A stretch of DNA of 64,000 nucleotides from Obrimoposthia wandeli (GCA_977020255.1 CDROCS010005135.1:1-64000), one strand, 5' to 3'. Shown: positions 40,019-50,905, counted from the first letter of the stretch. A program made the numbers and translations. Notes: generated from the letters alone by a model not told the origin.

Positions 40019-43000
40019 TTGATGAATATCGCGCATTACAGTATCAAAAACAAAGTCATCAGTTGGATGTTTATTTTACTGATGTTAATTGGTGGTGGAA
40101 TCTCATTTACGGGTTTAGGCCAATTAGAATTCCCTGAATTTACGTTAAAAAATGCCCTTGTTATTACCGCTTACCCAGGGGCTTCACCTGAACAAGTTGA
40201 AGAAGAAGTAACGCTTCGGTTGGAAGATGCGATTCAGCAGATGCCACAGATAAAGCACATTACATCGATCAATAGTGCGGGTTTATCTCAAATTGAAATC
40301 GAGATGAAAGAGCAGTACGACGCAAAAGCTTTACCACAGATCTGGGATGAGCTACGTCGTAAGGTGAATGATGCGGTTGTCGATTTGCCGCCAGGCGCTG
40401 TAATGCCGCAAGTGATTGATGATTTTTCCGATGTCTACGGTGTTTTAATCAACATCACAGGCGAAGGGTATAGCTACCGAGAACTTAAAAATTATGCCAA
40501 TTACCTACGTCGAGAATTGGTATTAATTGAGGGGGTTAAAAAGGTTTCTGTCGTCGGCGATCCGCAAGAGCAAGTTGTTGTCGAAATCAGCCAACAGAAA
40601 CTGGCCACATTAGGGCTTGATCAAAATACGATATACAGCCAAATAAAGAATCAAAATGGTGTGTCTAACGCCGGTAAAATTCGAGTAGGTGAAGGGCGAA
40701 TTCGTATTCACCCTACGGGCGAATTTATCGATGTTACTGATATGAAACGCTTATTGGTGAGCCCGCCAGGCAGAAAAGATATGGTGTATCTGGGTGATAT
40801 TGCTAATGTCTATAAAACGGAAAGTGAAACCCCAAAGCTGATTTACCACAACATGGGCGAGAATGCGCTGTCTTTAGGGATATCCTTTAGCCAAGGTGTC
40901 AATGTTGTTGATATCTCGAATGAAATATCAGCAAAGATCACACAGTTTGAATCAGGCTTACCGGTAGGAATGAGCTTGAACACCGTGTATGACCAAGGTG
41001 CAATGGTTGATGTGTCCGTTACGGGCTTTTTAATCAATCTTGCTCAGTCTGTGGCAATTGTGATCGTGGTGCTATTGGTATTCATGGGCGTGCGATCTGG
41101 GCTATTAATGGGAGCAGTGCTGTTACTGACTATTTTTGGTACGTTCATTGTGATGAGTGTATTGAATATTCAGCTGCAAATTATCTCATTGGGCGCACTC
41201 ATTATTGCATTAGGTATGCTGGTCGATAACGCCATTGTGGTTACTGAAGGCATTTTAATCGGTATAAAACGGGGTCAAACCCGCTATGAAGCGGCAGGTC
41301 AGGTAGTAAAGCAAACCCAATGGCCATTATTGGGCGCGACAATTATTGCAATTTTAGCGTTTGCACCCATTGGATTATCGCAAAATGCTACCGGTGAATT
41401 CTGTAAATCGTTATTTCAAGTGCTGCTAGTTTCACTGTTTATCAGTTGGATTACAGCGATTACTATTACGCCATTTTTCTGTAATTTATTATTTAAAGAT
41501 GGCGACGTTAGCGATACGACTGAAGACTTATATAAAGGCTGGTTCTTTACGGCTTATCGTTCAATGCTTTCGTTAGCGATGCGATTTCGTGTGCTCAGTT
41601 TAGGCTTAGTTATTGCGATGTTGTTTGTAGCGATAGTGGGTATGGGGCATGTGAAAAATGTATTCTTCCCACCATCAAGTACGCCTATTTTCTTTGTTGA
41701 TGTATGGCTACCAGAAGGCTCTGATATTCGTGCAACAGAAGGTTTTGTACGTCAACTGGAACAGAAAATCATTGCAACCGACAAAGAGGTTGGCGTTGGG
41801 CTTAAAAATGTCACTTCGGTGATAGGCCAAGGTGCCCAACGATTCGTCTTGCCGTATGTGCCAGAAAAAGGTTACGACTCGTATGCGCAGTTAATTATCG
41901 AAATGACAGATTTAGAATCGTTGAATGCAGGCGTCCCTGAACTCACGAAAGTATTGCGTGATAATTATCCTGAAGCAGAGTTTCGCGTGAAGTTGCTGAG
42001 TAATGGCCCATCACCAGCCGCTGCCATTGAAGCGCGATTCTATGGTGAAGATCCCGTTGTACTGCGCCAGCTTGCTACTCAGGCAGAGCAGATCATGATT
42101 GATGAGCCAACCGCTGAAAACATTCGTCATAATTGGCGTAATCAGGTCAATGTTGTTCGTCCACAAGTGAATAATGCTCAAGCCAAAAAAGTGGGTATCA
42201 GTAAGCAAGATCTTGATACAGCCATGCTGATTAACTTTAGTGGCATGTCGGTTGGTACGTATCGTGAACAATCGCATTTATTGCCCATTGTTGCACGTGC
42301 ACCAGAGCAAGAGCGTCTTGATGCCGATAGTTTATTAAAGCTGCAGGTGTGGAGTGCTGAAAATAGTGCGTTTGTACCAGTAACCCAAATTGTATCGTCA
42401 TTCGATACTGAGTGGGAAAATCCTATTATTATGCGTCGCGATCGCAAACGGGTATTAACCGTATTAGCTGATCCACTATTAGGCAGTGATGAAACAGCAG
42501 ATTCAGTGCTAAAAATATTACGCCCTAAAATAGAAGCGATTCCTCTGCCAGCAGGGTATGAACTCGAATGGGGAGGCGAATATGAAACAGCAGGTGAAGC
42601 ACAAGCAGGTATTGCTAGCTCTTTACCATTGGGTTATTTAGCGATGTTTTTGATCACTGTTGTACTGTTTAATTCAGTAAGACTCCCGCTGATCATTTGG
42701 TTCAATGTGCCTTTGGCGCTTATAGGTATTGCTGCTGGCTTATTGATATTCGATGCACCATTTAGCTTCATGGCGATACTGGGTACGTTAAGTTTAAGCG
42801 GTATGGTCATCAAAAATGGGATTGTATTGGTTGATCAAATCCAGGTTGAATTGGCTGAGGGTAAAGATCCGTATGATGCCATATTTGAATCTTCAGTAAG
42901 TCGTGTTCGCCCTGTGTGTATGGCGGCCATTACAACAATGCTTGGCATGGTGCCGCTATTGTTTGACCCATTTTTCAAATCAATGGCGGTTACTATTATA

Positions 43001-43123
43001 TTTGGTTTAGGTTTCGCCACGTTGCTTACATTGATTGTGTTACCTGTGAGCTACGTGCTTATTTTCCGAATTCCAAATAAGCAAAAAGAATCAATGAAAG
43101 GTGCAATGCCAGTTACGGTGTGA
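40019..43123 (+). CDS. RND efflux permease (AcrB/D/F family)
   Basis: YPGASPEQVEEEVT, GMLVDNAIVVTE, KNGIVLVD, SRVRPVCM..TT..GMVPL. Confidence 0.95.
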   Translation: MMNIAHYSIKNKVISWMFILLMLIGGGISFTGLGQLEFPEFTLKNALVITAYPGASPEQVEEEVTLRLEDAIQQMPQIKHITSINSAGLSQIEIEMKEQYDAKALPQIWDELRRKVNDAVVDLPPGAVMPQVIDDFSDVYGVLINITGEGYSYRELKNYANYLRRELVLIEGVKKVSVVGDPQEQVVVEISQQKLATLGLDQNTIYSQIKNQNGVSNAGKIRVGEGRIRIHPTGEFIDVTDMKRLLVSPPGRKDMVYLGDIANVYKTESETPKLIYHNMGENALSLGISFSQGVNVVDISNEISAKITQFESGLPVGMSLNTVYDQGAMVDVSVTGFLINLAQSVAIVIVVLLVFMGVRSGLLMGAVLLLTIFGTFIVMSVLNIQLQIISLGALIIALGMLVDNAIVVTEGILIGIKRGQTRYEAAGQVVKQTQWPLLGATIIAILAFAPIGLSQNATGEFCKSLFQVLLVSLFISWITAITITPFFCNLLFKDGDVSDTTEDLYKGWFFTAYRSMLSLAMRFRVLSLGLVIAMLFVAIVGMGHVKNVFFPPSSTPIFFVDVWLPEGSDIRATEGFVRQLEQKIIATDKEVGVGLKNVTSVIGQGAQRFVLPYVPEKGYDSYAQLIIEMTDLESLNAGVPELTKVLRDNYPEAEFRVKLLSNGPSPAAAIEARFYGEDPVVLRQLATQAEQIMIDEPTAENIRHNWRNQVNVVRPQVNNAQAKKVGISKQDLDTAMLINFSGMSVGTYREQSHLLPIVARAPEQERLDADSLLKLQVWSAENSAFVPVTQIVSSFDTEWENPIIMRRDRKRVLTVLADPLLGSDETADSVLKILRPKIEAIPLPAGYELEWGGEYETAGEAQAGIASSLPLGYLAMFLITVVLFNSVRLPLIIWFNVPLALIGIAAGLLIFDAPFSFMAILGTLSLSGMVIKNGIVLVDQIQVELAEGKDPYDAIFESSVSRVRPVCMAAITTMLGMVPLLFDPFFKSMAVTIIFGLGFATLLTLIVLPVSYVLIFRIPNKQKESMKGAMPVTV

Positions 43124-43235
43124 CTTTTTATGGTTGAATAGATAAAAGATAACCCAAAGAGCGAGATTAACCTTTCTCTTTGGGTTTGATTATTAATTCG
43201 CTCGTTCGATAGAACAGAGTGAAAGGCTGATAAAA

Positions 43236-43664
43236 ATGGAACTTATAAAACGGATTAAGAGATCTGATCACATAACGACAGCCACATACATAAAAGATTT
43301 CACCTTGTATGTTGAATTGAGTAGTGGCGAAAGAGGCATGATTAACTGTATGTCATTAGGTAGACAGCAGGTGTTGTTTAAACAGGTTATTGCTGATGAT
43401 AAACGTGATTCTTATTTGCTCAATAACCGCGTTATTCAGTGGTACAACAATGCGTATATTCACATTGAGTGGATTAAGCGAAATATGATCACGCTTAATA
43501 ATGAACAACCGCTCGATGACGTACCTTCTCAACATTGGCAAACAAAAATGAAAAATTGGTTTATTAATTTGATGCATTCTGATGTATCAGAATATGTCGG
43601 CTTTATATTAATAGTTGTTTCATTTGGGATCGCAGGGTGGCTAATTGGCTCACTGGTTATTTAA
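43236..43664 (+). CDS. Hypothetical protein, DUF2442-like N-terminus with C-terminal TM
   Basis: TATYIKDFTLYVELSSG..FKQV..IQWYN..IHIEWI pattern; TM YVGFILIVVSFGIAGWLIGSLVI. Confidence 0.55.
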   Translation: MELIKRIKRSDHITTATYIKDFTLYVELSSGERGMINCMSLGRQQVLFKQVIADDKRDSYLLNNRVIQWYNNAYIHIEWIKRNMITLNNEQPLDDVPSQHWQTKMKNWFINLMHSDVSEYVGFILIVVSFGIAGWLIGSLVI

Positions 43665-43734
43665 CCTAATGAGATCTCAGCTTTTTCGACCCCTTTGTTG
43701 TCAAAGAGAAGAATGTATTGTAGAAGGAGTAGCG

Positions 43735-44025
43735 TTATAAATTAGCGTTGCGTTCTTCTATACATTCATATTCACCCATCTCAAATTCACGGCAGATAAA
43801 GGGGCGAACTTCGTAAATTGAACACATCAATGTATCGCGATCTAACGCTGCACACCAACCATCATCAAGACGATTCATTACCTGACCACCCCAAGCGTCT
43901 GTTGCAATGTACTTTTTAGGTACGCCAGTATCAGTGATTAGCATGACTTCTAAACGGCAACAACAAGCCTGACAATTCGCACAGGTTATTTCAGGTTCAG
44001 GTATTACTTTAATTTCTATCGTCAT
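43735..44025 (-). CDS. YkgJ family cysteine-cluster protein
   Basis: CANCQACCC, GWCAALD, CSIYEVRPFICREF. Confidence 0.88.
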   Translation of the reverse strand: MTIEIKVIPEPEITCANCQACCCRLEVMLITDTGVPKKYIATDAWGGQVMNRLDDGWCAALDRDTLMCSIYEVRPFICREFEMGEYECIEERNANL

Positions 44026-44130
44026 AAACTACTACAGTGTCGACATTAATAGATAGCTTATAACAATGGTAGCACGTAGACGCAACTCAATTATGTGCTA
44101 GCCTGTTATTCAGTGAGCTTTATATTAGTG

Positions 44131-44349
44131 TTAGTGCATATCTTCAGCCATTTTTTTTATTTTTATCGCTTTCTCAAAATGATCTAATTGGTGGGTCATT
44201 ATCCACCATTGGGCGGCTTCCATTAATAATTCAGGGGTGTCGTTTTTATTGGCGAAAAAAGCATAGAAAGATAAGCCAACATTCTCGCCTTTTTGTGCAA
44301 TTTTACGGTCGCACACATCAATGATTTTCTGCTTTAAAATTGGGTTCAT
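44131..44349 (-). CDS. Small conserved hypothetical protein (DUF6500-like)
   Basis: KQKIIDVCDRKIAQKGENVGLSFYAFFANKND.PELLMEAAQWWI. Confidence 0.7.
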   Translation of the reverse strand: MNPILKQKIIDVCDRKIAQKGENVGLSFYAFFANKNDTPELLMEAAQWWIMTHQLDHFEKAIKIKKMAEDMH

Positions 44350-44499
44350 GTTGTCCTGTTTTTGATCAAATGAAGTAATGATGAAAATACACGGTTATTT
44401 AGTATGTTGAGCTTGCCTTGCTAATTTCAATTTGGATCTAGATCACGTAAACTGCGCGCCATAGATTATGAACCATATGTCCTGTTAGGTGAACACACG

Positions 44500-46110
44500 A
44501 TGATACGTCTAAACGAAGTTAAATTACCGTTAGATCATGATGAAGATGCATTGCGCAATTTTGTTTTCAATAAACTGTCGATTACGGCAGAGCAGCTTGT
44601 CGACATCCATATCTTTAAACGTGGTTATGATGCTCGTAAACGTAATGTGATCACTTTGATTTATACGCTTGATTTAACATTAACCAATGTTGATGAAGAT
44701 GAGCTATTAAGCCGTTTTGAGCGTGATCAGCAAGTTAGACAATCACCAGATACAGAATATAAATATGTTGCACAAGCACCTGCTGATTTAACAGAGCGTC
44801 CTATCGTTATTGGTATGGGGCCATGTGGTTTATTCACCGGTTTAATTCTGGCTCAAATGGGTTTCAACCCAATTATTTTAGAGCGTGGTAAATCGGTACA
44901 TGAACGTTCAAAAGATACGTTCCGTTTTTGGCGTAAAGGTGAATTAAACACCGAATCAAATGTACAGTTTGGTGAAGGTGGTGCTGGTACATTCTCTGAC
45001 GGTAAATTATACAGCCAAGTGAAAGATCCAAATTTCCTAGGCTTAAAAGTAAAAGAAGAGTTTGTTGCTGCTGGCGCACCTGCAGAAATTATCTATGTGA
45101 GCAAACCACACATTGGTACGTTCAAATTGGTAACAATGGTTGAGCGCATGCGCCGCAAAATCATAGAGCTTGGCGGTGAGATTCGTTTTGAAACACGTGT
45201 TGACGAAATCAATATCGAAGACAACCAAGTAACGGGTGTTACGCTAAATGGTGGCGAAGTTCTGCACTCGAAGCACGTAACGTTAGCGATTGGGCACAGT
45301 GCGCGTGATACCGTACAAATGTTGCATGATAAAGGCGTCTACCTTGAAGCGCAGTCTTTCTCTGTGGGTTTCCGTATTGAACACAAACAAGAACTGATCG
45401 ACCAAGCCCGTTTTGGTACAAATGCGGGTCACCCAATTTTAGGTGCAGCTGATTACAAACTTGTTCACCACTGTGAGAATGGACGTTCTGTATACAGTTT
45501 CTGTATGTGTCCTGGTGGTATTGTGGTTGCAGCAACGTCAGAAAAAGAAGCTGTTGTAACAAATGGCATGAGCCAATATTCACGTAGTGAGCGTAATGCA
45601 AACAGTGCGATTGTTGTTGGTATTGCCCCAAGCGATTTTGATAACGATCCGCTTCAAGGTATCGCATTACAACGTAAGCTAGAGCGCAATGCTTATATTT
45701 TAGGTGGCAGCACTTACCAAGCACCTGCACAACGTGTTGGTGATTTCTTAAAAGGTGTTGAAGCGAAGCCATACGGTGACATTGAACCATCATATAAGCC
45801 AGAAGTGACAATGACAGATCTAAGCACCAGCTTGCCTGATTTTGCCATTGAAGCAATACGTGAAGCACTGCCTGCATTTAATAAGAAAATCCGTGGCTTT
45901 GCACAAGATGATGCAATGCTAACAGGTGTTGAAACACGTACTTCTTCACCAGTGCAAATCAAACGTGGTGCTGATTACCAGAGCTTAAGCACAAAAGGTT
46001 TATACCCAGCTGGCGAAGGTGCTGGTTACGCTGGTGGTATTTTATCTGCTGGTATCGACGGTATTAAAATTGCTGAAGCCGTTGCACTTGATATGCTGAA
46101 AACTAATTAA
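44500..46110 (+). CDS. FAD-dependent oxidoreductase (uncharacterised dehydrogenase family)
   Basis: IVIGMGPCGL Rossmann motif, FGEGGAGTFSDGKL, FCMCPGG, GVETRTSSP, GEGAGYAGGI. Confidence 0.9.
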   Translation: MIRLNEVKLPLDHDEDALRNFVFNKLSITAEQLVDIHIFKRGYDARKRNVITLIYTLDLTLTNVDEDELLSRFERDQQVRQSPDTEYKYVAQAPADLTERPIVIGMGPCGLFTGLILAQMGFNPIILERGKSVHERSKDTFRFWRKGELNTESNVQFGEGGAGTFSDGKLYSQVKDPNFLGLKVKEEFVAAGAPAEIIYVSKPHIGTFKLVTMVERMRRKIIELGGEIRFETRVDEINIEDNQVTGVTLNGGEVLHSKHVTLAIGHSARDTVQMLHDKGVYLEAQSFSVGFRIEHKQELIDQARFGTNAGHPILGAADYKLVHHCENGRSVYSFCMCPGGIVVAATSEKEAVVTNGMSQYSRSERNANSAIVVGIAPSDFDNDPLQGIALQRKLERNAYILGGSTYQAPAQRVGDFLKGVEAKPYGDIEPSYKPEVTMTDLSTSLPDFAIEAIREALPAFNKKIRGFAQDDAMLTGVETRTSSPVQIKRGADYQSLSTKGLYPAGEGAGYAGGILSAGIDGIKIAEAVALDMLKTN

Positions 46111-46160
46111 TATGTAATTAGCGTGGTATAAGCTTTTTATATACAGATTGTTATACACAA

Positions 46161-46197
46161 ATAAACAGCTCGCTAATTTTTAGCGGGCTGTTTTTTT
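46161..46197 (+). terminator. Rho-independent terminator
   Basis: AAACAGCTCGCTAA-tttt-TAGCGGGCTGTTTTTTT. Confidence 0.75.
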
Positions 46198-46322
46198 GAT
46201 TATACAAACGTGAAGTTATTCAAATTCTGAACTTTGGTTGAATTGATTTAATTGTATACAAAGAAAAGAAGCGTAGACTTTTAGCTAATTATGTCATCAA
46301 ATTAATAATTGGATTACTTATT

Positions 46323-47285
46323 GTGAATAGCATGCGTGTTGCTTTCATTTCGTTGATTGTTTTGTCTATTCTGGGCTGTGATCAAAATACCCCTTCGCAA
46401 GCGTTGGGTACATTAGAGCGCGACCGTGTAACATTAACAGCAACGGCAAATGAAATCGTTAGAGAGTTGCCGATTAAAGAAGGGCAATATATCGAAAAAG
46501 GTGATGTGCTCGTTAAGCTTGAGACCACACAGCAACATGCCATTCTTGCCCGTGCCAAAGCAGATGAAGCAAAAGCGGACGCGTATTTATTAAGGCTAAC
46601 CAATGGTGAGCGAGTAGAAGATATTGCCGCGGCGCAGGCAAAATTATCGCGTGCTAATGCCATGCTGATTGAAGCTCAATTAAGTTACCAACGTACCAAT
46701 AAATTGGTGCGACAAAAACTCGCCAGTTTAGCGGAAAAAGATAAAGCACGTGCTGAAAAAGACGGGGCACAAGCCGATTATGATTCAGCGAAAGAAAATT
46801 ATGCCAAGATGACAAATGGCGAACGCCCAGAAGATATTCTGCAAGCACAAGCGTCTTTAGCGGCAGCCAATGCGGAAGTGGCACTTCAACAACAAATTCA
46901 GAATGATTTAACCGTTACTGCGACACGCAACGGGGTACTCGATAGCCTGCCTTACAACGTAGGTGAACGTGTTCCGATGAATGGTATTGTGGCGGCTATT
47001 CAAGCTGATACTGTTCCTTATGCGCGTGTGTATGTACCAGAACCTTATCGCGTAAAACTAAAAGCGGGTGACAAATTAGTTGTGCATGTAGATGGCTTAG
47101 ATAACACCTTCACTGGCACATTACGCTGGATTGCAACAGAGCCTTCATTTACACCTTACTATGCGCTAAACGAAGAAGATCGTGCTCGTTTGGTGTATTT
47201 AGCCGAAATTGATTTACCCATTGAAGGGAAAGATCTGCCTGCTGGCGTACCTGCGCAAGTGGAGATGCCAATCAATGCTAAATAG
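46323..47285 (+). CDS. HlyD family membrane fusion protein (YbhG-like)
   Basis: Lipobox ILGC, IKEGQYIEKGD, coiled coil, FTPYYAL..DR.RLVY. Confidence 0.9.
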   Translation: MNSMRVAFISLIVLSILGCDQNTPSQALGTLERDRVTLTATANEIVRELPIKEGQYIEKGDVLVKLETTQQHAILARAKADEAKADAYLLRLTNGERVEDIAAAQAKLSRANAMLIEAQLSYQRTNKLVRQKLASLAEKDKARAEKDGAQADYDSAKENYAKMTNGERPEDILQAQASLAAANAEVALQQQIQNDLTVTATRNGVLDSLPYNVGERVPMNGIVAAIQADTVPYARVYVPEPYRVKLKAGDKLVVHVDGLDNTFTGTLRWIATEPSFTPYYALNEEDRARLVYLAEIDLPIEGKDLPAGVPAQVEMPINAK

Positions 47286-48243
47286 CCACAGTAAGATTAT
47301 TGAACAGACTGATACCGCAATTATCGCCAAGCAATTAACGCGTAAATTCGGCGATTTTACCGCGGTTGATGGTTTAAATTTAGTTATTCCTAAAGGCAGT
47401 ATTTATGGCTTTTTAGGGCCGAATGGCTGCGGAAAATCCACCACTTTACGGATGCTAACAGGGCTGCTTAGTCCTACATCTGGTGAAGTGAATGTGTTGG
47501 GTTTATCTATTCCAAAAGAAGCAGAAAAACTGCGTTTACGTATTGGGTATATGACGCAAAAGTTTTCCTTGTATGAAGATTTAACTGTATATGAAAATTT
47601 GCAATTTATTGGGCAAATTTATGGCATGCCAAATAAACAATTAACCCTGCGTATTCATGAACAAATGGCAACCTATGGGTTAGATCAACGTGCCAAGCAG
47701 CGGGCTGGCAGTATGAGTGGTGGTCAGAAACAACGTTTGGGCTTGGCTGCTGCAACCATGCATAAACCTGATCTATTACTGCTAGATGAACCGACATCAG
47801 CAGTCGATCCTGAAAACAGGCGTGATTTCTGGGAGCAATTATTCGACCTCAGCGATCAAGGCACCACTATTTTGGTGACCACTCACTACATGGATGAAGC
47901 TGAACGCTGTCATGGATTAGCGATTATGGAGTCAGGGGTTGTACGTGCCGATGGCGCGCCAGAACAGTTGATGGAGAACATGGGTGTGACGGTGGTAGAG
48001 CTGCAAGCGGAACAGTTACGTCATATTAAAGAAGCATTATTACGGTTACCCGAAGTGCGTTCTGCAGCGCAGTTAGGTATTCGATTACGGGTATTGATTC
48101 AAGCCTCGGTTGCTGATCCGATAGGTTGGTTAACGGCATGGCTAGCCGTTAATTTTCCTCAAAATACACCACCAGAGCTGAGCATTGCTCGACCGAGTTT
48201 AGAAGATGTGTTTGTAACCAGTACGGGTAAGGGGCGTCAATAA
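47275..48243 (+). CDS. ABC transporter ATP-binding protein (YbhF-like)
   Basis: GPNGCGKS, MSGGQKQR, LLLDEPTSAVDP, TTHYMDEAE; start placed at MLNSHS. Confidence 0.93.
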   Translation: MLNSHSKIIEQTDTAIIAKQLTRKFGDFTAVDGLNLVIPKGSIYGFLGPNGCGKSTTLRMLTGLLSPTSGEVNVLGLSIPKEAEKLRLRIGYMTQKFSLYEDLTVYENLQFIGQIYGMPNKQLTLRIHEQMATYGLDQRAKQRAGSMSGGQKQRLGLAAATMHKPDLLLLDEPTSAVDPENRRDFWEQLFDLSDQGTTILVTTHYMDEAERCHGLAIMESGVVRADGAPEQLMENMGVTVVELQAEQLRHIKEALLRLPEVRSAAQLGIRLRVLIQASVADPIGWLTAWLAVNFPQNTPPELSIARPSLEDVFVTSTGKGRQ

Positions 48244-49367
48244 TGTTGGGGCTTACTTTACATCAACGCGTTGTTGGCAGCTTTTCTCGTATCAAAGCCA
48301 TCATGATCAAAGAGATCCGTCAGTTATCGCGTGATCGTATCACGTTTGGCATGGTGGTGATGATCCCATTAATTCAGCTGTTGTTATTCGGATACGCGAT
48401 CAATACCGATGTACGTAACATTCCAATTGCAGTGGTTGATCAAAGTGAATCTGCCGTCGGGCGAATGATCACCGAATCGGTTAAAGCGACGCAAGTGATC
48501 ACCGTTAAAGCGGCGTATGCGACAGTTGGTGAAGCCGAGCAGGCAATTACAGCAGGGGAAGTACGTGGTGCACTCGTGCTGCCATCGGATCTTGCACAGC
48601 GTATTGCCCAAGATCGTACCGTGGGTCAATGGTTGGTAGATGGTTCTGATACCATGGTGAGTGCAGCGTTATTGCAGTTGAGAGACATGCCACTGCAAGA
48701 GCTGGTTAATTATGAACCCACAGGACCTTCCACGTTTGAGGTCGCCTTATTCTTTAACCCAGAGCGACGGTCGGCGGTAAATATTGTACCGGGTTTACTG
48801 GGCATCATTTTAACCATGACAATGATTCTGTTTACGTCTGCTGCGATTGTGCGTGAAAGAGAGCGGGGCAATTTGGAGTTATTAATCACGACGCCTGTGC
48901 ATTCACTCGAATTAATGGTCGCAAAGATCATTCCTTATATTTTCGTTGGCCTACTGCAAGTGTGCATTATTCTGGGGCTGGGGCATTATATTTTTGCTGT
49001 GCCTATTAATGGCTCACTGACTCAAATTCTATTCGGCACGTTATTGTTTATTTCTGCCAGTTTAACGTTAGGGTTATTAATTTCGACAGTGGCGCAAACA
49101 CAATTACAAGCGATGCAAATGACCATTTTTATCTTGCTGCCGTCAATTTTGTTATCTGGCTTTATGTTTCCTTATGAGGCTATGCCAATCGCCGCACAGT
49201 GGATTTCAGAGATATTGCCCGCGACACATTTCATGCGAATGATTCGTGGCATTGTATTACGAGGCGCTGATTTAATGGATTTATGGCGTGATGCTTTGTG
49301 GCTATTTGGTTTTACGGTTGTGGGTATTATTGTTGCCTCGATGCGCTTCAAGAAAAGCTTGGATTAA
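48243..49367 (+). CDS. ABC-2 type transporter permease (YbhR/S-like)
   Basis: KEIRQLSRDR, IVPGLLG, RERERGNLELL, SGFMFPYEAMP. Confidence 0.93.
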   Translation: MLGLTLHQRVVGSFSRIKAIMIKEIRQLSRDRITFGMVVMIPLIQLLLFGYAINTDVRNIPIAVVDQSESAVGRMITESVKATQVITVKAAYATVGEAEQAITAGEVRGALVLPSDLAQRIAQDRTVGQWLVDGSDTMVSAALLQLRDMPLQELVNYEPTGPSTFEVALFFNPERRSAVNIVPGLLGIILTMTMILFTSAAIVRERERGNLELLITTPVHSLELMVAKIIPYIFVGLLQVCIILGLGHYIFAVPINGSLTQILFGTLLFISASLTLGLLISTVAQTQLQAMQMTIFILLPSILLSGFMFPYEAMPIAAQWISEILPATHFMRMIRGIVLRGADLMDLWRDALWLFGFTVVGIIVASMRFKKSLD

Positions 49368-49413
49368 GCTGAACAGTTAATTTTACAGATTGGTATAATA
49401 CGTAAATAATAAA

Positions 49414-49449
49414 AGAAAGGGACAGTCGATAATGGCTGTCCCTTTTTTT
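49414..49449. terminator. Bidirectional terminator
   Basis: AAAGGGACAGTC-gataat-GGCTGTCCCTTT. Confidence 0.75.
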
Positions 49450-49492
49450 ATTGCCTTTAAACGGCGTGATGTACTGCGCATGTTAATAACGC

Positions 49493-49588
49493 TTATAGAA
49501 ATGGCTGCAAAATAAAGGCACCCAATACTGCCATGAGAATGCTAATAACTGTTGGAATAAGCCATAGATGTTTATCATCTGCTTTCAT
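49493..49588 (-). CDS. 31-aa single-TM small protein (not in ORF track)
   Basis: MKADDKHLWLIPTVISILMAVLGAFILQPFL* with AAGGAGAG RBS. Confidence 0.6.
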   Translation of the reverse strand: MKADDKHLWLIPTVISILMAVLGAFILQPFL

Positions 49589-50035
49589 AGTCTCTCCTTA
49601 GATCCGTTAATGAGAGGTGAATGTAACGCTATGCTTCAGTAAGCATGCCTTAAGATACTTAGCATTAATGCTGAAAACAGTGTTCATTATCACGTTAATA
49701 TTAAATAAATCAATAAAAATTGTAATCTAATTGTTAATGTTGTGATTTAAAGTAAACACTTAACTTTACTGTTGTGCTAAGACACAATAAACCCTTTGAA
49801 CTCGATACAATTTAGGTTAATACCTCACGTCGACGATGAGCTTTTCTTGTAAAGGTAAAGCCGTGAGGCGATGGTTTATCTTAATGATATTCTCGCTGAA
49901 ACGAGCATCTTGAGGTAACTTGGGTATAGATCTGTTAGGGTGTACATCGATTTATCGTACGCGATATGTGTGACTAATATATTGCTTACCGTGCGAAAGA
50001 TACACCCCACATCATGACCGAAGGACGACCGTATT

Positions 50036-50905
50036 ATGCTCGCTAGAATTTTATTTGCTTTGATCTTGCTGTGCACTGCTTTGCCCGGGTTGGCACAAGA
50101 GCAGGCGTATGCAGAACAAAGCATTTATGATAAACCGCTAATGGAGCGATATGTACTCGACGAATTAAAAACCCTTCGAACTGATCAGCAAGATCTCGAA
50201 CGTCGATTAATTATACAAATTACTGATCGTGAATTAGCGGTAGCCGATAAATCGTTGAACTATGCCAATGTAACTGTGACGTATTTCTTCTACATTATCG
50301 CGGGGGTGGCGTCGTTAATTGCCATGATTGGGTGGCAATCATTACGTGAATTACGCACTAATACCAAGGAAATGGCAGATCAACAGCTAAAAAATGCAGA
50401 CGAAAAACTGCAAGAGATTGCAGAGTCATACGAGATGAAATTCCAAGCGCTAGAGCGAGAGCTTAAACGTAAAACACGCAACATCAGTGAGAACAACAAA
50501 GAAATTGAACGCATTAACGAAGTTCATAACTTATGGTTGCGGGCGCAAAGTGCTCAGACATCAGAACAGAAAATTGAAGTGTACGATGAAATCTTAAAAA
50601 TACGTCCTGGCGATTTAGAAGCTTTAACCTATAAAGCGGATGCTGCTATGGGAATTCAAGAATTTCATTGGGCGCTCAGCTTGTGTAATCGCGTGTTAGA
50701 AGTGGATGACACCAATGCACATGCCTTATATCAACGTGCCTGTGCGTATGCACGTCTTGGAGTAGAAGAGCAGGCTATTTCTGATCTTGAACGTGCCATC
50801 GTCGGTGGTGAATCATTACGAGAATTAGCAGCAGAAGAAGCTGATTTTGAAACGTTATTTGGTAATGAACGTTTTGATCTTCTTATTAAAAGTGGCGATA
50901 ATTAA
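50036..50905 (+). CDS. Membrane-anchored tetratricopeptide repeat protein
   Basis: Signal peptide, TM, coiled coil, TPRs (ALTYKADAA, ALYQRACAYARLG). Confidence 0.85.
   Translation: MLARILFALILLCTALPGLAQEQAYAEQSIYDKPLMERYVLDELKTLRTDQQDLERRLIIQITDRELAVADKSLNYANVTVTYFFYIIAGVASLIAMIGWQSLRELRTNTKEMADQQLKNADEKLQEIAESYEMKFQALERELKRKTRNISENNKEIERINEVHNLWLRAQSAQTSEQKIEVYDEILKIRPGDLEALTYKADAAMGIQEFHWALSLCNRVLEVDDTNAHALYQRACAYARLGVEEQAISDLERAIVGGESLRELAAEEADFETLFGNERFDLLIKSGDN

Noticed and set aside
45239-45877. 212-aa minus-strand ORF
   Set aside because: Antisense shadow of the FAD oxidoreductase with no motifs
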